Shown: positions 56,145-64,000 of the stretch, piece by piece
How positions within the stretch are numbered: position 1 is the first letter of the stretch
Layout: each line of letters opens with the position of its first letter
Source: Octopus vulgaris
Taxonomy: Eukaryota
DNA: 64,000 nucleotides
Assembly (NCBI GenBank): GCA_951406725.2
Contig: OX597820.1
Span: 84,072,001 to 84,136,000 of the forward strand
Reading direction: 5' to 3'
Position numbers and translations under genes: made by a program
Notes under the pieces: model-generated
Told to the model about the DNA's origin: nothing
What the model saw: the letters and a program-made list of their open reading frames with translations, nothing else
Databases searched by the model: none

Positions 56145-56324
56145 GGAAAATATGAAAAATCAACGAAAATGCACATTGTAAATAAAAAAAGAAAAGGCTT
56201 TTTATGATGGGTAGCGACAGATATATATATTTAGATGTACTGAGGTATTATGAGATGATTTGAAAGTCAGAAAACAAAGCATACCATGGTTTCCGCAAAC
56301 TATTCATTGCTTTAAATAAACACA

Positions 56325-56387
<63 letters not shown>

Positions 56388-57766
56388 GTGTATATGCTTG
56401 TGTTTATTAGCATATATATATATACATATATATGTGTATTCATGTGTGTGTATTTGTATATTTGTTTGTCCCAACAACGACAATTCAAGCATTGAGTACA
56501 TATTAAATTTTATTAAACGTGACCAATATTTTTCAAGCAATGGACAATTTTAATCAAAGTAATGATATGATTTGTCAACTTGGAACTTATTGCAAATCTG
56601 CATGAGAAACAGCATTTTTTGTCTTTCAGGGGTCAGTACAATTTTTTTGTCTAACATTAGTCTATCTCTCTCTTTCTGTTGATTGTTTCCAACCATCACC
56701 ATCAACAGTAACCCCATCATTGCCACTACAACTGCCATACACACACCATTCGGACTTCTTACGACACCACCATCAATACTTTACCGCTTTCCCCTCCACT
56801 ACCATCACCACTGTCTTTCACACCGTTTACTATCACCATTGTCCATGACTCCTTCAGCTAGCACTACTACTACCATTATCACCATCGCCTCCGCCACTAT
56901 CACAATTAATGTTTATACAATTTCTATCACCCCTTTACCATCTCAACCACCAATCTACTATCGTCTACGCCTACTATTACTCTCACCCCAACATGAGTAA
57001 TTGTAGGAGTGTCGATGAATAGTGAGACAGGTGGTGGAAGCGTGATACACCGACACACAGAAACTGGTTTCCGCATTTAGTATATATATATATATATATT
57101 CAAGCATGCACAAACGCGCACGTACGCACGCACAAACACATAATGCTTGCGAATAGAGACATGGTACGTAAACTATTTTGTTCACAAACGGCTGATATTT
57201 GAGCGTGTAACTTATTGTAAGTCTAACGTGTACATAAAGATGAATCCTGTAATGTGCATATGTTGAGGGAAATATTTTGTGTATGAAGAGAGAGCTAGAA
57301 ATATATATGAATAAATATATAAATATTATCGTGTAGTTAGCACGAATAAATGCAACATGATTTTACTCTCGTGGGGATAGGGGATGGGGTGATCCAACAT
57401 ATTTATTTTAGTGTTGCCCAAAAGTTTCGAAAAATCTATTCTAATAAGAGTTAACTCCTTTTTCCTTGACTGGTGCCCAAAATCCTTGGTCACGTTATGT
57501 TTAGTTTCGACTCGGTTAGAAATGTTGTTGATCGGATAACTTGTGCAACACCCCTGCATCCGCCACTGGGATGTGTATTCTTTTAATTGTTTCATCCTTC
57601 GGATGAAAATGGCCAAACTGGGTCTCCGCCATCAAATCTTTAGTCAAACAACACATCCACCATAGTACTTACTTTTTCAAGCCAGGTAATTATTCTGTCG
57701 ACTGCTTTTGGTTAACCACTACGTTACGGGGTCGTAAGCAATCCAATAGCGGATATCAAGCGCTGG

Positions 57767-57832
<66 letters not shown>

Positions 57833-57944
57833 ACATATCAGAAATAACTATTTCTTTCTGTTTCCATCAGCCAAATCCCCTCTCAATGCTTTACTTACCC
57901 AGGGGCTGTAGGGCAATTCTAGGCGTAATCAGTAGCAGATTCGA

Positions 57945-58640
57945 CAACAGACCATTTAATGTTTAACTATTTCGAAAGTATCATTGCTGTACTTTTACTA
58001 TACGCCTAAGCTTTTGACATGCTCAGGTTATTGAGATTGATCGGCGGTGAATTCTATATAACATTTAATTTCATTGTTTTGCTAAATAACACTTTTTTCT
58101 GAAGGCAATTTGCCGTACCGAGCATGTACTTCTGTTAAGATAGCTGTATGTTCAAGAATCATTGCAGGTGGGGCTCATTTCTCCCTGTGTATTCAAGAAA
58201 GAGTGAAGTTATGTATACTTTGATTTCGTATCTGTTAAGGAGTTTCTAAGAATTTATTGCAAAGTATGTGTTTAATGACGAAATTTAGATCTGACATATA
58301 AATTGGAAGTGTTCGTGGCGGGAGGGGGGTTATTTATGATATATAACTATCTTTCCTCTTATTTCTCGCATTAGGGGATCTTTCAGGAGCATTACAGTGT
58401 AATCTCACTTTGAAGCCGCTTCTCATTCTAAAATGTAGCATTGCAGTTTGAAGTATGTTCATTAGAAGACGTTTAAGAAAAACCTTTTACTGATATATTA
58501 GCTTAAGTTGTTCGGAATATTAGGCATATCGTTAACCTCATTGTGAATGTAACATATGACTTCATTAGGTTTTCCATAAAGGCTGTATGTGCACAAAGTA
58601 AGATTCAGGTAATACCCAAACTGTTGACTTCTGTAGAATG
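57945..58640 (-). mobile_element. Highly degenerate Penelope-like element (RT thumb, linker and GIY-YIG region)
   Basis: Minus-strand fragments TYSLYGKPNEVICYIHNE..MPNIPNNL..ISKR..SNEH, NKRKD..TPLP, LNRYEIKVY and YIEFT resemble the PLE pattern Y.PYRKPN..P.YIH..SNHP, RKRKIIWFNPP, FNRNT.K.SY and YIG.T. Many stops. Confidence 0.55.
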
Positions 58641-58750
58641 TAAACACACACGCACATACACACTCACATTAGCCCTTGAAATACTCTGTTGCTTCTGCTA
58701 AATTATATATATATATATATAACTTTCTCTCTCTCTCTCTCTCTCTCTCT

Positions 58751-58805
<55 letters not shown>

Positions 58806-59449
58806 CATATAGATATTATGAGCAATAGCGATAGAAGCCATTAGCATTTAATTGCGTATTTAATTATCTATATGTTCGCATGTCTGTAGTTGCCCATAGG
58901 AAATTATGTATATATATTTGTATTTCTATTCGCAAAATACTCATGTGTATACATTTGTCACAAATTGAATATGTTATTACGCAAAAATTGACGCTTATAT
59001 GAAGTTGACTGGTTTGCTTTATATAAGCGTGTACATGTATGTATGTATGTGCTTATGTATTTATGTATATATATATATGTGTGTATGTGTGTACGTGTGC
59101 GCATATGTGTATGTGTGCGTGTTTGTGGAAAAATTAGACGTGATTATATTTTAGGTAACGTATGAAAGTTTGAGATTGCGAAGTCCGATACATATATTTA
59201 TTTAAATATTTCTACATATAAATAATCTTCCTTTAATTATATTTACATATGTAATTGCTCACGTATACTATGCAATTTTCTATACTCGCACACTCACACT
59301 CAAACACACAATATCTCAATGTAAGGTAGAGATGAAAATAATATTTGAATATGTTTACATGTATTTATCGTATATGTATAATAATCAAATATACGAATAT
59401 ATATATATATGTTAATATATGTTTCCTTATGTGCATATGTCCAATCTGG

Positions 59450-60100
59450 TTTAGATATTCTGTCGTTATTAGATGTAATTCGATTGTGATAAGAAACTAA
59501 CTCAGTGTTGTTGTAGATACGTTCTCCATCTAACAGCTGTAAAAAGTTATGCCTCGGTTCTACTGCAACAAACTTAATAGAAGATTCATAATTGTTACAT
59601 AACTTAACAAATGATAATGCATTGGGGAACCAACACGACGTCATAGTGTTTCCAATAAATAGCAAATAAACACATTCTAGACAAAACTCAACCATTTGAA
59701 ATAATAGGCGACTTTTAGATAATAGAGTGATAAGCGTACTTAAAAATGAAGTAATCTGCTGGCTTTGCTTATTATGATTTTAATCATAGATCTGATCGTT
59801 GTAGAATGACCTAAACAACAACCAGAAGAACAACAAATATGGTCCCTATAAATGGCGAGCATTGTTACTATACATGTATCGTTAAAATGAACAAGAACTG
59901 GAAATCCGGTTGGACACACATTTCTCAATAGAAGATAAATTTTCATGAAGATGTAATTTCTAAAACTTATCCAAGAGTCTCATGCACAAAAAGGCATTTT
60001 CTGTTCGTTGCTTAGAACATGTCAACTTTCACTGAGGGCACTTTTAAGATAAAATGCTCTAATGCTTTAAGGTTTGTCCATTTTTTAATGTATAATAAAA
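59450..60100 (-). mobile_element. Possible degenerate Penelope-like RT fragment
   Basis: KIYLLLRNV..TGFPV (KIY.LPK.HK.G.P-like) and VEFCLECVYLLFIG (L..CL...YF.F.G-like). Weak. Confidence 0.35.
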
Positions 60101-60469
60101 CTAGGAGATTGCTATAGAATGTGATATTTTTAAGGTTGAATAGTAGATTTGGTTGCTAAACGTATATCAAATGATTACATACATGTTTTTAACTATTATG
60201 AAAGCAGACGTGAAAGAATTTTCACACACTCACACAACCCCCACACACATATTTATATACGTATATGAATCTGTGTATTTGATTTTGCGTGTTAGTCTGT
60301 TACATATATACATACAAGGATACAGACAAACACACACACATGCACAAGCGCACACACTGACATATGTAATCGAAATAGAGGTTCAATTTGAAATTCATCA
60401 TATATGCCATATCAATTTAAGGCAATATACCATCAGAATAACGCTGATGAGAAATGCATTGAACGAATA

Positions 60470-61515
60470 TCTTTGAAATGATCAAATAGTCCATTCGGTA
60501 TTTTAAACGAAGACAAGTTTTAAAGGTAAAACCATTTCAGAATTTGTACCATCGTATGAGCAGATGCATTTTACCCTAGTCAAAGAATTTCTTGTCTTTA
60601 CTGACCGAAAACCTCCAAATGAAAATTTACATCCTATTTAGTGTATACTACATTAGTAATTTTGAAGAGACTCAAACAAAGATGCAAGAATGGAAAATAT
60701 GAAGTTTGCAGCAAAGCTTTCCCGTTAAGTATCAGTAAATTCTGCTGTGTCTCCAAAAAAATGTGCGCTCAGGCAGTTACTTAAGTCATTAAGGTCAGAA
60801 AGTGCTGGATGCTTCTGGGTTATTGCTTAGGAAAAACAACACATTTCCAATCTTAACAAATTAAAAGCATAATTTTCTATGAGTGAAGTCTTATTTCGTA
60901 GGATATTTGTGGTGGTTCGTGGCAATTTTCCCATGACTGTTTGCCCTACATATTATTACATACGATCCATTTCACGTTTCCTTTCAACATTTACTTCCAA
61001 AAAAGATCCTTTTCTTCATGTCTCTAGAAAGAATCGCAACGGTTATCCCTATTCAACAGATGTGGGACTCAATGATCGAAACTCTTCAGGTACCCAAGTT
61101 AATGCAGATGGCTTCAACAAACGATTTGGATATTTGAGGATTACCTGCAATCATTCTGATCATGTAACGGTACTTGGCGTCACTGTTAATCCTGTTTGGC
61201 CGGCCAGAATGAGGTGCGTCTCAAACAGAAAATTTTCCGCACCGAAATCTTGAAAACCACTTCTGGCACACGGTTTCTATAACAGCATCTTGTTCGTATA
61301 CAACGCATGGATTCCTGCAGGTTTCCGCTGTTTTCTTGAAATAGTGTTCGTTTTCTTTCGCAATTTTCATAGTGATACCAAGTACGCAAATTAAACATGT
61401 CTCCTCGCAAATATCTAACGAGAGTGTATGCGCGATGGACAGACTGAATTTAGGCAACTAGTGCGTGAAGTTTAGTTTCAAGAAAAACCGAACGGACTAT
61501 TTATGCTGCATTAAT
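60470..61515 (-). mobile_element. Degenerate mariner (DD34D-type) element with residual TIRs
   Basis: TIR remnants AAATAGTCCATTCGGTATTTT (60484) and reverse complement AAATAGTCCGTTCGGTTTTTC (ending 61502). Transposase fragments VCQKWFSRFRCGKFSV*DAPHSGRP, KIMLLIC*DWKCVV and LLIRWYKF. Confidence 0.8.
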
Positions 61516-61904
61516 CCTGTTATCAAAGGACTCTAGCGTCCACCGATTGAAATCTAAGCATCGAGATCGAAAATATTAACAACAACTCTTCGCAATCAGG
61601 CACCACGTCATAACTTTACAGACGAGTAAACATTTAAATAATGATGAAATGAGATCATAGAATTACATAATTACACTGAAAATTAGAAGACTGTATCACC
61701 TTGACGGCAAACCACTTATCTATTGTCTATCCTATTTTCTGTCCACTCTAAGGAGATGTGTAAATAATATCTGCCAGGATACTATATTAAACCACCATAG
61801 GTAGACAGCAGGATTGAGAAATTTACAAATTATTGACCATTAAATTTACAGAGGGATAAATCAAGATTGCTTATTAGCTTCCCATAGTTTAAAGTAAAGC
61901 GCCC

Positions 61905-61947
<43 letters not shown>

Positions 61948-62695
61948 CATACATACACACATACATATGTATGTGTGTGTGTGAGTGAGTATGCCTCCAT
62001 ATGTGTTTATTTATAAATACATCATTTATGCATATACATACATATACGCATACAAATTATATAAGGTTATATAGAGCAGATTATTAATTTTCATAGATGT
62101 CTATGCTTTCTCTAGTAATTTGCAGACAACATTTGTACTATGTGTTACATTGAGGCATATATGTATATATGTATGCCTGCACGTATTTATGTATATGTGT
62201 ATGTATGTATGTATGTATGTATGTATGTATACACACACATATACAAACGTATGATACAGATCCATTCGTGACCGAGAAAAAAAACATTACTGGCCATTGC
62301 CTATTGAAAATGCCAGCATCCAATACCCGTGTATTAGGTTATTGCATGATCCTTCGGTTTCATCGTGTTCACTGCTGCAGATTCCACGCTCGTTCCGGGG
62401 CCTTCCTATTCGACCACGAATTGGATAGTAACCTCACCAAGGATTGCACAACCTAAATTTGATCTCCAATATAGATTGCAGTGTGCTTCAGAAAAGTCTT
62501 CACTCCGCTGAGATGATGCAGAGACAAACCAGTGTAAGATATTCAGTGCCAATATGTTTCACAGACTCAGAAATGTAGGAATGCAAGCAAATTATTCCCA
62601 AATGTTCAATGCCTTTCCCTGCATATTTCGTACATAAAATATGTACCCGTTGAAGATTTGGGTCGATATAATCGATTCAACCACTTCCCCTGAAT

Positions 62696-62740
<45 letters not shown>

Positions 62741-64000
62741 GTTTCTTGGAATGATGTGTATACTGCATCCGTTGATGCTTTAAGTAAAGTTACTGAAGTG
62801 AAAGAATATGTCTACCAGAACACCAAAGTTACTAAAGTCAGGTCATTCCTACGTAACCTACCGCCGTTTTAGTACCAACTTTTCGAGTACAAGACTGAAC
62901 TCTTCGATTTATTCACAACCTGGAAATTATAAGTAACAATGTTATGAGTAAAACATAAATTTCACACCAACCTAGACACTGGCGAGTTCTAGGTAATATG
63001 AAGGAACAGACATTGGTTACGATGACTTGGTGTGTCGTATTGTATCATTCAGAAAGCACTTTGTGACCACTAAAGGATAAACTAGTACACTTTTCGAACG
63101 CTCAGCAGTGAAACTAAAATCTGGAGAGTAGACGAAAGACAACTGAGTACGTTTCCTGATAGTTCAGTAGCTTCGTGTAACACAACTGCAGCTGAAATAA
63201 TTTCGTTACTAGTTTACATGACGGTCATATAAAACGAACACACAAAGCGGAATACACAACCCACATTTAATACAACTTGTTTCCTAGTATGAACAATGAC
63301 ATACAGTCGTGTCTGCACATACTTCATGCAGATAAATATGCAGAAATAGTCACCACCTAAATGCAATCAATTGCCAAAGTAACGAGTACAATCATTACAT
63401 GGGAACAGTTATCTCTAAGCATGCATTTGCATATGTACTCACACTAACTTATTTATATAATCCTAATCCCTGCAAAAACTTTAGAGATCGGCTTTTTTTC
63501 CTTCTAAACATTTTAACAAAATACATCGTATATATACCTTAATATCAAATATGTATATAAGATCATATAAAGTATACAGTCGCATATATACTGGTATAAA
63601 AGCATACGCACATACATATATACAAAATACATACATAATTTCATATGTAAATACACTTCAACACACTCACATTCATAGACAATTAACAATGTCTGTCCAC
63701 ATAAATAAATGCACTTTAGGAGGCTCACATACACTTTCAGAAACACACACACACGCAACATATACATAAACACATTCAGGCACACACATACACACACATA
63801 TACGCACACAGCCACACACACACAGCCACACACACACACATGTATGTACAGAGATCGACATAGACATAGAAATCAACTTTAATATACCAAGAAATTTATC
63901 ACTGACAACGTCAAAAGTTTTAATAACAACTATTTATCAAAAACACTTCTCAAACAGCGTCCTAGTGATCTATCTTCATTGTCGTGTTTTCGTGTTTATG

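Overview
AT-rich, microsatellite-dense eukaryotic DNA. The repeat families resemble those of octopus/coleoid cephalopod genomes (an inference from pattern recognition, not a database result). I find no confidently intact protein-coding gene, and almost all ORFs in the track are translations of (TA)n, (CA)n, (TACA)n or trinucleotide repeats. The window is mostly transposon remnants: CR1-like, RTE-like, Tx1/L1-like, R4/Dong-like and Penelope-like retroelement fragments, three Tc1/mariner-superfamily elements, a Helentron-associated (HINE-like) element and many copies of at least five short interspersed families. A possible host transcript 5' region lies at about 12.3-15.3 kb (one good-looking 126-bp intron and a possible first coding exon). 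The most interesting signals are: (1) a tRNA-headed SINE-like element with a Penelope-type minimal hammerhead ribozyme, in a head-to-head fold-back at 1.2-1.7 kb; (2) two more fold-backs at 47.8 kb (hammerhead-like) and 48.1 kb (perfect 101-bp arms in (TA)n); (3) a SINE-head/Tx1-LINE chimera whose tail resembles the SINE tail; (4) elements that appear to target (AAT)n, one of which may seed an (ACT)n microsatellite.
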